A stretch of 64,000 nt of DNA from Nitrospirota bacterium. GTDB lineage: Bacteria; Nitrospirota; Thermodesulfovibrionia; Thermodesulfovibrionales; Dissulfurispiraceae. The first letter of the stretch is position 1, and the number at the start of each line of letters is the position of its first letter. Under the pieces are notes generated by a model that saw nothing but the letters and a program-made list of their open reading frames with translations, made no database searches and was not told the origin of the DNA. Below, one piece after another: positions 18,597-28,196 of the stretch. The DNA lies in the NCBI GenBank assembly GCA_963790025.1, contig CAWBMP010000002.1, positions 416,001 through 480,000 on the forward strand, in the 5' to 3' direction. The position numbers and the translations under genes are program-made.

Positions 18597-20551
18597 ACAG
18601 ACTCGCTAAAGAGAGGTCTCCCTATCTTGCCCATGCAGCCGGTCAGAAGATAGACTGGCATCCATGGTCTGAAGAAGCATTTGAAAAAGCGCGCCGCGAG
18701 GACAAACCGGTTTTCCTGAGTTCTGGCGCCATATGGTGCCACTGGTGTCATGTGATGGCAAAGGAATGTTTTTTTGATGACGAGATTGCCGCTCTGCTCA
18801 ACGAAAATTTTGTGAGTATAAAGCTTGACAGGGATGAGCGGCCTGACATTGACAGGCGCTACCAGCATGCAGTAACTGCAATGGGAGCTGCAGGAGGATG
18901 GCCGCTCAGCGTGTTTCTTACGGCCGAAAAAAAGCCTTTTTTCGGGGGCACCTATTTCCCGCCTGATGACAGTTACGGAAGGCCGGGGTTTAAAAAAGTA
19001 CTCAGGGAAATTAGCAAAGCATACAAGTCGGACAGGCGGGAAGTCGAGCGCTACACAGAGCAGCTGATGGATTTCATCAAGCCGAAGCCCGCTATATGGG
19101 GCGACATAAACAGAACACTGCTTGACGGCGTGCAGCCAGCTATGCTGTCGCAATTTGACGCTCAGAACGGCGGGTTCGGCACTGCCCCAAAATTTCCCAT
19201 GCCAGGTGCAATATCATTCCTGCTTTACCAGCATTTTTTTACGGGCAGCGAGTCAAGCGGTTATTCTGCAATAAAAACGCTTGAGGCCATGGCAAAAGGC
19301 GGGTTCCATGATCAGCTCAAGGGCGGATTCCACCGGTACTCTGTTGATGAAGGCTGGATTGTTCCCCACTTCGAGAAGATGGCCGATGATAACGCATGGC
19401 TTCTGAGAAATTATGCCGATGCCTGGTCCATCTTCGGCAACGACTATTTCAAAGAGGTCGCACTGGGAATTATCAGCTTTACCAGGGATGTCCTGTCCGA
19501 CAAAGAGGGAGGGTTTTATGCGAGCCAGGATGCTGATGTTACCCCTGATGACGAGGGAGGATATTTCACCTGGACAGAAGATGATTTCAAAAGTGTGCTG
19601 AACGATGAAGAATTCCCGGTGCTTTCCCTGCATCTGCTCCACGACCGGGGGAGCATGCACCACGACAGTACAAAGCATGTTCTTTTTGTTGCCACAGAAA
19701 GCGACGCTATCGCGCAGGAGCTCAAAATGGATGCAGGCCTGCCTGATCACCTTATCAGGCAGGGCAAAGCCAAGCTGCTTCAGGCACGGCAAAAGCGGGA
19801 GGAGCCCTTTATCGATACAACAATCTACACCTCCTTAAACGGAATGCTGATAACATCGTATCTCAGGGCTTACCGGGCCTTTAAAGATATCGCCATAAAG
19901 GATTTTGCACTCAAAAGTCTATGGAGAATACTGGAAATCAGTTTTGCAGAAAAAGAACTGCTCCATACCTATGGGATAAAAGCGCTGCTGGACGATTACG
20001 TATATTTAATCGAGGCGCTTGTTGCAGCCTATGAAGTTTCCGGCAACAGAGAATTCCTTGGCACGGCCGATGCACTAATGGAAAAATGCCTGGACAGATT
20101 CTGGGACAAGAATGGAGGCGGCTTTTTCGATACCGATACCGAGGTCCTCGGTCTAAGATTGAAGGGGATTGAAGACATCCCTCATCCATCGGCCAATGCT
20201 GCCGCAATAATGCTGCTGATCAAATTGTTTTACGCAACAGACAAATCAATGTATCGCCGGTATGCGGAGATTGCACTTGCGGCATTTTCACAAAAAGTGA
20301 GCGAGTTAGGTATCCATGCAGGACATTATTTCTGCTCGCTTGATTCTCATTTTCGTATGATACGGTTGACAGTGGAAGCCCGCCCGGAGAGCAGGCTCGG
20401 CAATATGGCTGTCTCCCTATTTGCCCCATATATAAGCATTGTTTACTCCAAAGACAACAACCGTATTGTCCCGTGTATGGGCGGTTCATGTTATGAGCCG
20501 GTAGAAGATGAAGAACAGTTAAAGGAATTTATCCGCTCAACCAGGAAATGA
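18593..20551 (+). CDS. YyaL/SSP411-like thioredoxin-domain protein (DUF255)
   Basis: NRLAKERSPYL, WCHWCHVM, DRDERPDID, GGWPL, VPHFEKM. Confidence 0.95.
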   Translation: MNRLAKERSPYLAHAAGQKIDWHPWSEEAFEKARREDKPVFLSSGAIWCHWCHVMAKECFFDDEIAALLNENFVSIKLDRDERPDIDRRYQHAVTAMGAAGGWPLSVFLTAEKKPFFGGTYFPPDDSYGRPGFKKVLREISKAYKSDRREVERYTEQLMDFIKPKPAIWGDINRTLLDGVQPAMLSQFDAQNGGFGTAPKFPMPGAISFLLYQHFFTGSESSGYSAIKTLEAMAKGGFHDQLKGGFHRYSVDEGWIVPHFEKMADDNAWLLRNYADAWSIFGNDYFKEVALGIISFTRDVLSDKEGGFYASQDADVTPDDEGGYFTWTEDDFKSVLNDEEFPVLSLHLLHDRGSMHHDSTKHVLFVATESDAIAQELKMDAGLPDHLIRQGKAKLLQARQKREEPFIDTTIYTSLNGMLITSYLRAYRAFKDIAIKDFALKSLWRILEISFAEKELLHTYGIKALLDDYVYLIEALVAAYEVSGNREFLGTADALMEKCLDRFWDKNGGGFFDTDTEVLGLRLKGIEDIPHPSANAAAIMLLIKLFYATDKSMYRRYAEIALAAFSQKVSELGIHAGHYFCSLDSHFRMIRLTVEARPESRLGNMAVSLFAPYISIVYSKDNNRIVPCMGGSCYEPVEDEEQLKEFIRSTRK

Positions 20552-20918
20552 CTAATAAATGGGACGGTTCTATTTTTCTTCACCCCCCCAGGGAAAATTG
20601 CATATTATTGTACATGACTCGCAAGAATTTCAATAACATTTAGACCCTAGTTTACACTTCGCGGAGGGAAACGCATCAAATCTTTCTTGTCTTTTTCGAA
20701 CCCACCACATCGATTAATTAAAATGATCATTGCAAGGAAAATTTCGAAAGTGTAAGATTGTTAATCCAAACAATTTAAGGTTTAAATGTGTCGGCCACTG
20801 CCTAAAGAAACAAATAGTGGCAACTATAGCTTAGGGCTTTTCTTAGATTTCTCGCTTGTCAAGGAATATGCCGCTGCTCCTGTAGGTGAATTGGCATAAG
20901 AAGTGCCGATATGATAAA

Positions 20919-23156
20919 TCATCCTTTCGGGCCCATATCACTCCATTTTTTAAGTTTTTCAAGTAATTGGGCCTGATTAAACGGCTTGGGAAGGTAATCA
21001 TCCATTCCGGCTTTTAGACAATTTTCTTTATCGTTTTCCATCGCAAGGGCTGTCAGCGCTATTATCGGCACATGGACCGGTATTACATCATGATTCAGTG
21101 ATTCCACGTTCTTTAGCTTTTGTCTTTCCCTTATTGTTCTTGTCGCTTCAAAGCCGTCCATATCAGGCATCTGACAATCCATAAGCACGATGTCATACTG
21201 TCCGGCTAACACTGCACCTACGGCCTCCCTGCCGTTATTAGCCAGATCAACACTGCAGCCCATACTCTCCAGCATGGCTGCTCCAATTGCTTGATTGACA
21301 ATATTGTCCTCCACAAGCAGGACTTTTAGGTTTGATTTTAAAGACTGGGAAAGCGGTTTCATTATAGTTTCAGGTTGCATAGACTTGCCATCATATACCG
21401 GTGATAACTTCATCATTGTTAATATGCTCTTATACAGATAGGATTGCCTCACCGGCTTGCTTAGAACGCACTGGATCCCTGCCTTGCGAGCCTCTTCATC
21501 ATCAATATAAGGGCCGGCTAAAGAAAGCAGCATAAGCCTTAATTCCTTGAAAACAGGATCGGCTTTAATGTTATTCGCCAACTCCAAACCGTCCATTTCA
21601 GGCATTAACATATCGAGTATGACAAGGTCATAAGGATCATTCTGCATTATTGAACCCTGAAGCAGCTCCAGAGACTTGCGCCCGTTTTCAGCGTTGTCGG
21701 CCCTCATACCCCAACTGCTGATCTGGTTCTGCAGTATATTTCTGTTAGTAGCGTTGTCATCAACTATAAGCACCCTCTTGTCTTTTAGTATTTCTTCGGG
21801 GACCAGTGACGCAATTGTTTGGGGTGTTCTTTTCTTCAAGCGAACTGTAAACCAGAAGGTTGCCCCCTTACCGGGAACGCTCTCGACTCCTATCTCTCCG
21901 CCCATTAATTCAGCAACTTGTTTTGATATGGACAATCCCAGACCGGTGCCTTCATATGCCCTGGTGCTAGATGCATCCGCCTGGGAAAAGGGACGGAATA
22001 TAAATTTCATATATTCAGGGGCAATACCAATACCAGTGTCTTTAATCTCTGTACGTATCAGGGCAGTGCCATTTATGTCCTCCGCTTTCTCCATGCTAAT
22101 AAGTATTTCACCTTTGGGGGTGAACTTGATTGCATTGCCAATCAGGTTAATCAATATCTGCTGCAGACGCGCAGGGTCTCCTGAGACTGTTGCAGGCATA
22201 TCGCTGCTTATGTTGCACATAAGCTCCAGCCCCTTGGAATGTGCTCGTGCGGCAAACATTTCGACTGTGTTTTCTACTGTCTCGTACAGGTCAAAGGGGA
22301 CATCCCCGATCTCAAGCTTGCCTGCCTCTATCTTTGATAAATCAAGTATGTCATTGATTACATTGAGCAGGGAATCTGCTGAAAGCTGTATTGCTTCGGC
22401 AAATTTCCGCTGCTTTTCAGTCAACCCGGAGTTCAGGAGCAGATCGGTCATACCTATAACGCCGTTCATAGGTGTGCGTATCTCATGGCTCATGTTTGCA
22501 AGGAATAACGATTTAGCGGCATTTGCCTTTTCAGCCAGTTCCCTCGCCGCCTTAAGTTCCTGTGTACGCTTTTCCACCTCCTGCTCAAGAAAAACCGTAT
22601 TTTCACGCAACAAGGAATTCAGGATGAAACTCTCGATGTAGTAAGCTGCATTTCTGAGAATTATAGAGAGAATCAGCAAAAATGGGTCAGCAGCTGCAAC
22701 ATCACTTTCTTTTATCAAGCCTATAAACATTCCCCTGATTCTTGCAATTGTTGACACAACGTGCATTACAAGCGTAAAGCCTGATAGCAATGAAGGCACC
22801 ATTATAGGTCTGTTCTGGTTCAATGCCCAGGCAAAAGTGCCATCCAATATTTTATTGTCGACTTCCTTCTGCAGAATCCCCCGATCCGTTGCAGGATCAC
22901 AATCTGTCATAACAAAACTGTTATCTGATTCGTCTATGTACAAAAACGCCATACTGTTAAATGAAAAGATGCGCTTCAACTGATCACGTACAGCAGAAAA
23001 TATTTCCCTGACATCGCTTTTTTGGCTTATATGTGCCTGAAAATCACCGCTTGACGCCAGCATGTCAAGAGAGTCAAGCAGCCTTCTGTCAATGGCCTCA
23101 AGATATCTGCAACGTTGTTCTAAATATTCCGTTTCTTTTCTATTTGAATTCTTCAT
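20919..23156 (-). CDS. Hybrid sensor histidine kinase with two receiver domains
   Basis: [36 protein letters not shown], two REC domains ([20 protein letters not shown]). Confidence 0.95.
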   Translation of the reverse strand: MKNSNRKETEYLEQRCRYLEAIDRRLLDSLDMLASSGDFQAHISQKSDVREIFSAVRDQLKRIFSFNSMAFLYIDESDNSFVMTDCDPATDRGILQKEVDNKILDGTFAWALNQNRPIMVPSLLSGFTLVMHVVSTIARIRGMFIGLIKESDVAAADPFLLILSIILRNAAYYIESFILNSLLRENTVFLEQEVEKRTQELKAARELAEKANAAKSLFLANMSHEIRTPMNGVIGMTDLLLNSGLTEKQRKFAEAIQLSADSLLNVINDILDLSKIEAGKLEIGDVPFDLYETVENTVEMFAARAHSKGLELMCNISSDMPATVSGDPARLQQILINLIGNAIKFTPKGEILISMEKAEDINGTALIRTEIKDTGIGIAPEYMKFIFRPFSQADASSTRAYEGTGLGLSISKQVAELMGGEIGVESVPGKGATFWFTVRLKKRTPQTIASLVPEEILKDKRVLIVDDNATNRNILQNQISSWGMRADNAENGRKSLELLQGSIMQNDPYDLVILDMLMPEMDGLELANNIKADPVFKELRLMLLSLAGPYIDDEEARKAGIQCVLSKPVRQSYLYKSILTMMKLSPVYDGKSMQPETIMKPLSQSLKSNLKVLLVEDNIVNQAIGAAMLESMGCSVDLANNGREAVGAVLAGQYDIVLMDCQMPDMDGFEATRTIRERQKLKNVESLNHDVIPVHVPIIALTALAMENDKENCLKAGMDDYLPKPFNQAQLLEKLKKWSDMGPKG

Positions 23157-24023
23157 TCATTTTCCCATGTTATGTCCCAGCAAGTGCAGTGCCTCATTGA
23201 AATGTCTTTCAGCCTGGTCAAAGATAGATGATATAAGGCTCGTCGGTAAATCAAGCATCTCCCAGGCCCTAGTATTCATGGGAGGCACGTATGTATCCCC
23301 ACTTCTCCCGAATTGCATGGCATGGGTCATAAACTCTGCAATATGAACAATTGCGGCCCCTGTCGGAAAATGTTTCGCTCGCAAAGGATAATGGTGGCAG
23401 GCGACAATTTCCCTTAGACTTAAGGGAATCTTCCATTCATCCAGCAGAACATCACCCATCTCAGCATGATCAAAACCAATAGCCCTCCGCTCGCCCTCAA
23501 AGAGAAGTTCACTGTGCTCCCTGCAGTTCAGAACAACTTCTCTGAACATTTTAGGAATTTTAATACAGATAATAAGACGGCCTATATCATGCATTATGCC
23601 GGCCACAAAAAATCGTTCCACATTCGGTTCCCTTTTATAAATTGCTATTATCCTGGCAATCACACCGCAGCCTATACTGTGGCGCCAAAACGCCTCTATC
23701 GTAATAAGGTCTTCAGGAATTCCCTTAAACAACTCCATAACCGACGTAGCGAGTACAAGGTCAAGAATCTGCTGTGTTCCTATGATTGTAACAGCTTTTG
23801 TAATTGTCTCAACTCTTGATGGAAATGAAAAGAATGCACTATTCGCCAGTCTGAGTATGCGGGCCGTCAGACCCTGATCTTCGCTTATTATCTTTCCCAT
23901 GTCGAGAACCGAACTGCATGGATTATTGATAACCTCATTCAGCTTTAAGTAAACAAATGGGGGGGTAGAAAGCTGAAGATCGTCTATTATTAAATCATGG
24001 GGGGTTTTTTTATCCAAGGACAA
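23157..24023 (-). CDS. HDOD domain protein
   Basis: DQGLTARILRLANS, FWRHS, GIMHDIG, DHAEMG...W. Confidence 0.92.
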   Translation of the reverse strand: MSLDKKTPHDLIIDDLQLSTPPFVYLKLNEVINNPCSSVLDMGKIISEDQGLTARILRLANSAFFSFPSRVETITKAVTIIGTQQILDLVLATSVMELFKGIPEDLITIEAFWRHSIGCGVIARIIAIYKREPNVERFFVAGIMHDIGRLIICIKIPKMFREVVLNCREHSELLFEGERRAIGFDHAEMGDVLLDEWKIPLSLREIVACHHYPLRAKHFPTGAAIVHIAEFMTHAMQFGRSGDTYVPPMNTRAWEMLDLPTSLISSIFDQAERHFNEALHLLGHNMGK

Positions 24024-24360
24024 CTCCCTCGGCTAACATGCGGGCTCTTCTCACAACGCTGAGACGGAACATTTCTCTTACTGCATGATTACCCATGTCG
24101 GTGTGGAGGAATGCGATGCCCATTTCTTCCTCAGCCCTTTTAATAAGAAGGGGATTTATCTCTTCACTTACGGCCGGCTCGTCTTGATTCGGTGCTGCTC
24201 CTTGCACATCTACTTCAGTAACACCCCATGCCCTGAAAACGATAATGTGCTTTTCGGAAATATCTCTACCTGAAGGAAGTAAAAGACGTCCATTGATGTC
24301 CTTGACATCGCTCTCCAATTTCATTCCAGGCTTCAAAAACTCTATACCGACTTTGCCCAT
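24010..24360 (-). CDS. Hypothetical protein resembling the N-terminal module of HD-GYP/HDOD proteins
   Basis: LKPGMKLESDV...GRLLL; overlaps the HDOD start. Confidence 0.8.
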   Translation of the reverse strand: MGKVGIEFLKPGMKLESDVKDINGRLLLPSGRDISEKHIIVFRAWGVTEVDVQGAAPNQDEPAVSEEINPLLIKRAEEEMGIAFLHTDMGNHAVREMFRLSVVRRARMLAEGVVLG

Positions 24361-24449
24361 AAGTTATTACCCGTTTTCAGCAATTATAGCACCGTTTGGA
24401 ATAGCTGCACAATCGGTGTGCAACGGAACGGCTGTCCCAGACAAGACTG

Positions 24450-24724
24450 TCATGCCAAACCACGTATAAAGCGTTCTTCGTCCTTTTTACTCAGAATTTT
24501 CAGAACCACCGTTCTGCCCGGTTCAACTATATAAAACACCCGATATGTGTCTACCCTGGGCCGATAATAATCCAATTTCTTCCCTCTGATCTTTTTGATC
24601 GGTTTTCCTCTGGAGAATGGGTTTCCCCTGAGTATCTGCAATGCCCGAACAATCTTCCGGCAAACAGCGTCGCTGAAATCGTCAAGGTCTTTAACGGCTC
24701 AGGGTGAAAGGACTACCTGAACAT
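24450..24724 (-). pseudogene. RelE/ParE-type toxin pseudogene
   Basis: One frame reads VQVVLSP*AVKDLDDFSDAVCRKIVRALQILRGNPF...YRPRVDTYRVFY; internal TGA at 24699-24701; no in-frame start at the expected position. Confidence 0.75.
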
Positions 24725-25762
24725 TACAACTGCCAGCGCAAAGATGCCGTAAATTACTCCTCCCAAAAGCATGGCAACAGGTGAGACTTTCTTTCCTAAA
24801 TGAATGTTTGCGATGACTATCAAAGCGGAGATTAGCGCCAGTGCAGCAGACAGCAGCGCCAGGCCCGAAATCGTCCAGTCGGTAAAAAGCAGTCCCACCG
24901 AGACGGGAAAGGTTGCTTGAAAAACCATGGCTCCCGTGATATTTCCCACGGCAAGAGTGTCTCTGCCTTTCAGCGTCCATGTTATGCTATTGAATTTTTC
25001 GGGCAATTCAGTGGCAATAGGCGCGACCAGCAGGGCAAACAACAGAGGACTCATTCCCCATGAGAGTGAAAGTTTTTCAAGACTTCCGACAAATATATGA
25101 GCGCCGCCCACCATGATAACAAGCGAGGCGGTTATCTGAAAGCAAATGAGTAATAATGACGTGTTTTTGTATGGTTCCGGCCTCGCTGGTCCGAGTTCCA
25201 TGCCCGCAAACCGCCTGAAGTCTGCAAACAGCTTTTCAAAATGCAATTGTTCGGCATGGAGGATATCAGCGCTTTCCGCCTTGAATGTAGAGTACACATA
25301 CAGCACATATCCGCCGGCAAGCAAAGCTGCTATCAGGATATGACTGTGGGGGACTATGAAGGGCAAGAAGATAGCTGCGCCGTACATGACAACGAAAAAG
25401 ATAAGGTCCCGTTTAGTGGAACCAGGTTCGATATAGAGGGCGAATTTCCTTTTTTTTCTTAGCTTGCCGATCAATACTGTCAGTCCTACAACAAAAAAAG
25501 CAAGTGTTGCAAGCATGAAAGGTGCGCCGAGTATCGCTCCGACCCCTATCTTCCTTGCAGTATCGCCGCCGTGCAGCAGAATGGCGACAAGGGGGAGTAT
25601 GGTCTCGGGTAAGGCAGTGCCGATTGCCGCAAGTATACTTCCGACAACTGCCTGGGACAACGATAGCCGCCTGCCGAACGATTCGATGCCGTTAGTGAAG
25701 AATTCGGCACTGAACAGTATCATGAAGAGACTGAAAATGAGAAACAGAATAGGTTGTATCAT
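24713..25762 (-). CDS. Sodium:calcium antiporter (CaCA family)
   Basis: Two alpha repeats, GTALPE and ATELPE...GNITGA; multi-TM. Confidence 0.9.
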   Translation of the reverse strand: MIQPILFLIFSLFMILFSAEFFTNGIESFGRRLSLSQAVVGSILAAIGTALPETILPLVAILLHGGDTARKIGVGAILGAPFMLATLAFFVVGLTVLIGKLRKKRKFALYIEPGSTKRDLIFFVVMYGAAIFLPFIVPHSHILIAALLAGGYVLYVYSTFKAESADILHAEQLHFEKLFADFRRFAGMELGPARPEPYKNTSLLLICFQITASLVIMVGGAHIFVGSLEKLSLSWGMSPLLFALLVAPIATELPEKFNSITWTLKGRDTLAVGNITGAMVFQATFPVSVGLLFTDWTISGLALLSAALALISALIVIANIHLGKKVSPVAMLLGGVIYGIFALAVVMFR

Positions 25763-26641
25763 TTAACGGACAAGCATCACAGGGCAAGGCGAAGATTTAA
25801 TCAGTGCTTCGGCAATGCTTCCGAGCAGAACACCCTTTGTGGAAGAAACACCCTGTGCCCCGATGACCATCAACTCTGCTTTTTTCTCCACAGCAAGCTC
25901 GTTGATGGCTTTATAAGGGACTCCTGTCCGGACAATGCGCTCTGCTCCTTCACATAAGTCCGACAGGGAGCATATCGATTTCTCCGCCTCCTGAACTGCG
26001 TGATTTCTATAGTTCCGTTTTTCCTCTTCGCTTAAATTCCTCAGCCTGTCGAAACTTTTTTCCAGTTTAAGGCTTGAGAGTATATGGGCGACTGTTAGTG
26101 CAGAAGAATTTTTTCCCGATAAAAAGCGCGCAAACTCAAGAGCCTTTCCCGAGTGATCGGAAAAATCAACTGCACACAAAATATTTTTTATAGCGACTGA
26201 ACCCAGTGCGGCGCTGTCCGCTTTCTGTCCCCTCACAACCAGCACGGGAATGGCCAAGGATTTAACGAGCCGCTCCGAACTGCTGGTCTGTATCAGATGA
26301 GATTTGTGCACGAGTACGAGGGCGGCAACCGAAAGTTCGCATATTGTCTTGCTGAATGTTTCTACAAGCCTGCCGACTCCAATCCTGCCGGTTGCGGTTA
26401 CACCGTATGCCTTCAGGCTATCAGCCCATTTCTTCAGCTCTGCACCACTCGCATCCTCTTCCTGTTCAATATAAGGCAGAAGGTAGGCGGGGGGAGTAAG
26501 TGCGTAATCCATTGCATTGAGCATTGTGATCTCACCGTCCCCATCCGCGAGGGCTTGTGACAACCATAACGCATAAGATAGGACTTTTTCTGTATCGGCT
26601 CCAAAATCGACTGCGGCGAGTATTGTCTTTTTAGTATCCAT
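25763..26641 (-). CDS. Universal stress protein (tandem USP domains)
   Basis: ILAAVDF, ILCAVDFSDHS, LLGSIAEALIKSSPCPVMLVR. Confidence 0.92.
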   Translation of the reverse strand: MDTKKTILAAVDFGADTEKVLSYALWLSQALADGDGEITMLNAMDYALTPPAYLLPYIEQEEDASGAELKKWADSLKAYGVTATGRIGVGRLVETFSKTICELSVAALVLVHKSHLIQTSSSERLVKSLAIPVLVVRGQKADSAALGSVAIKNILCAVDFSDHSGKALEFARFLSGKNSSALTVAHILSSLKLEKSFDRLRNLSEEEKRNYRNHAVQEAEKSICSLSDLCEGAERIVRTGVPYKAINELAVEKKAELMVIGAQGVSSTKGVLLGSIAEALIKSSPCPVMLVR

Positions 26642-26823
26642 TTAAAAGATACTATACACTACCTGCTTTGATAAAAAAAGATAGCAAGTACCCAGTAGTA
26701 AGTAGTAAGTGGAAAAGATTGGCAGGAAGAAATAGGTAGTAAGTACAGGCAAACATTAGTAGCAAGTATTTTGATTCTATTCTTTCCCTTTGTCACTTGC
26801 TACTGGCTACTTAGTACTGTTTC

Positions 26824-27180
26824 TCAGACGTATTGAATGGCAACTTCATAGATAATAGCTGAGTGGTCGGCAGAAGGGCCGCCTTCACAACCGAGTTCTC
26901 CCTTTGATAACTCTCTGTGGTTTCCAATCATCCCGGTTAGAATCTCTGTGAAATCAAACCCGCCTTCAACACAGTCTTTGCTCAGACATTCTATGGTAAA
27001 AAAAGCATAGCTACTGGGGAAAAAATTAACAGTCCGGGGCATTGCCTGCTTTATACCTCTTTGACTGTATAACATGCTGATAGCGATGCTTGCAACCTCA
27101 GGGAAGAGCGCAGAGACTAAACCGGCATCAATTCTCTGTTGTCTTCTTTCCGCCCTTGCCGCGCTCTTTTTGTTAAACAT
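26824..27180 (-). CDS. Hypothetical protein with C-x4-C...C...H motif
   Basis: GGAGG RBS; ECLSKDCVEGGFD, LGCEG, DHS. Confidence 0.8.
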   Translation of the reverse strand: MFNKKSAARAERRQQRIDAGLVSALFPEVASIAISMLYSQRGIKQAMPRTVNFFPSSYAFFTIECLSKDCVEGGFDFTEILTGMIGNHRELSKGELGCEGGPSADHSAIIYEVAIQYV

Positions 27181-27195
27181 GGTCCTCCCGAAATG

Positions 27196-27226
27196 AAAAG
27201 GCCCCCTCCAAAAGGAAAGGGCCTTT
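27196..27226 (-). terminator. Intrinsic terminator-like hairpin after csp
   Basis: AAAGGCCC...GGGCCTTT inverted repeat. Confidence 0.55.
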
Positions 27227-27235
27227 CCCGATTAA

Positions 27236-27436
27236 CTACATTTTAACAACGTTGATTGCCTTTGGGCCTTTTGGTCCATTTTCGGTGTCAAAACTGACTG
27301 GGTCGCCTTCGGCTATGGTCTTGAAGCCGTTGCTCTGAATCGAAGAGTAGTGGACAAATACATCGCCGCCGTCTTCGCTTGTTATAAAGCCAAAGCCCTT
27401 GGCTTCGTTGAACCACTTTACTGTTCCATTAGTCAT
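27236..27436 (-). CDS. Cold-shock protein
   Basis: [22 protein letters not shown]. Confidence 0.97.
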   Translation of the reverse strand: MTNGTVKWFNEAKGFGFITSEDGGDVFVHYSSIQSNGFKTIAEGDPVSFDTENGPKGPKAINVVKM

Positions 27437-27722
27437 AGTCTTCCCCTCCTTACATAAAGATTAAAGGATCAGAATTAACGTTTTACCAAAATAAAAAAGC
27501 CACGAATCTAAAAGTCTCCGTGGCTATATCTCATTTGCGTTCTAAACAAGCTCTGAAACTTCTGTAATTATAATGGCACAAAGGAGAATAAAAAAGCAAC
27601 TTATCCAATGTCTGGGCACAAATAAAAAGAGGTGGGGACATAATCTCTCCACCTCTTATCTATCTAATAGGTCGCCGAAATTAAATGGAACAAATATTTA
27701 AAACTGCTCCGTTTGCTACTTG

Positions 27723-27995
27723 TTACTTAACAGCATCTTTCAGCGTTTTCCCGGCAGTAAATTTCGGGATTTTCGCTGCAGGTATCTTGATCTCCGCTCC
27801 CGTCCTCGGATTACGTCCCTTTCTGGCCTTTCTTTTAACAACTGAAAAAGTTCCAAAACCAACGAGTGTAACTTTTTGCCCTTTTTTGAGGGCGAATTTA
27901 ACTGCGTCGATAGTTGCATCGAGTGCTTTTCCTGCATCGGTCTTTGAGAGACCTGCGCCCGATGCAATTTTTTCTATAAGATCTGCTTTCGTCAT
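27723..27995 (-). CDS. hup: DNA-binding protein HU
   Basis: [24 protein letters not shown]. Confidence 0.97.
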   Translation of the reverse strand: MTKADLIEKIASGAGLSKTDAGKALDATIDAVKFALKKGQKVTLVGFGTFSVVKRKARKGRNPRTGAEIKIPAAKIPKFTAGKTLKDAVK

Positions 27996-28196
27996 ATCTC
28001 TGATTCCCCCTTTCTCCCGGAAAAAAGTTTATTTTTTTATTATTTCAAGATCGGTATACACAATAACAAGAACGTGCTTATTTGTCAAGGAAAAAAAAGC
28101 AGTGTCAGAGTATCAGAGAGTCAGCGCAAAAAACAAAACTCCAAGACTTTCGCCTATAATCTTAGACACTAAATACTTTGACAATCCGACACTGCT

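Noticed and set aside
20890..20907. TGGCATAAGAAGTGC sigma-54-like spacing
   Set aside because: Weak -12 match, and it points antisense into a gene's 3' end
21676..22641. Long antisense ORFs (also 18245-19153, 48589-49620 and similar)
   Set aside because: They lie opposite well-conserved genes and have no recognisable motifs
24699..24701. Selenocysteine or read-through at the RelE TGA
   Set aside because: Not a Cys-type position, no SECIS-like hairpin noticed, and the start is also frameshifted, so decay is simpler
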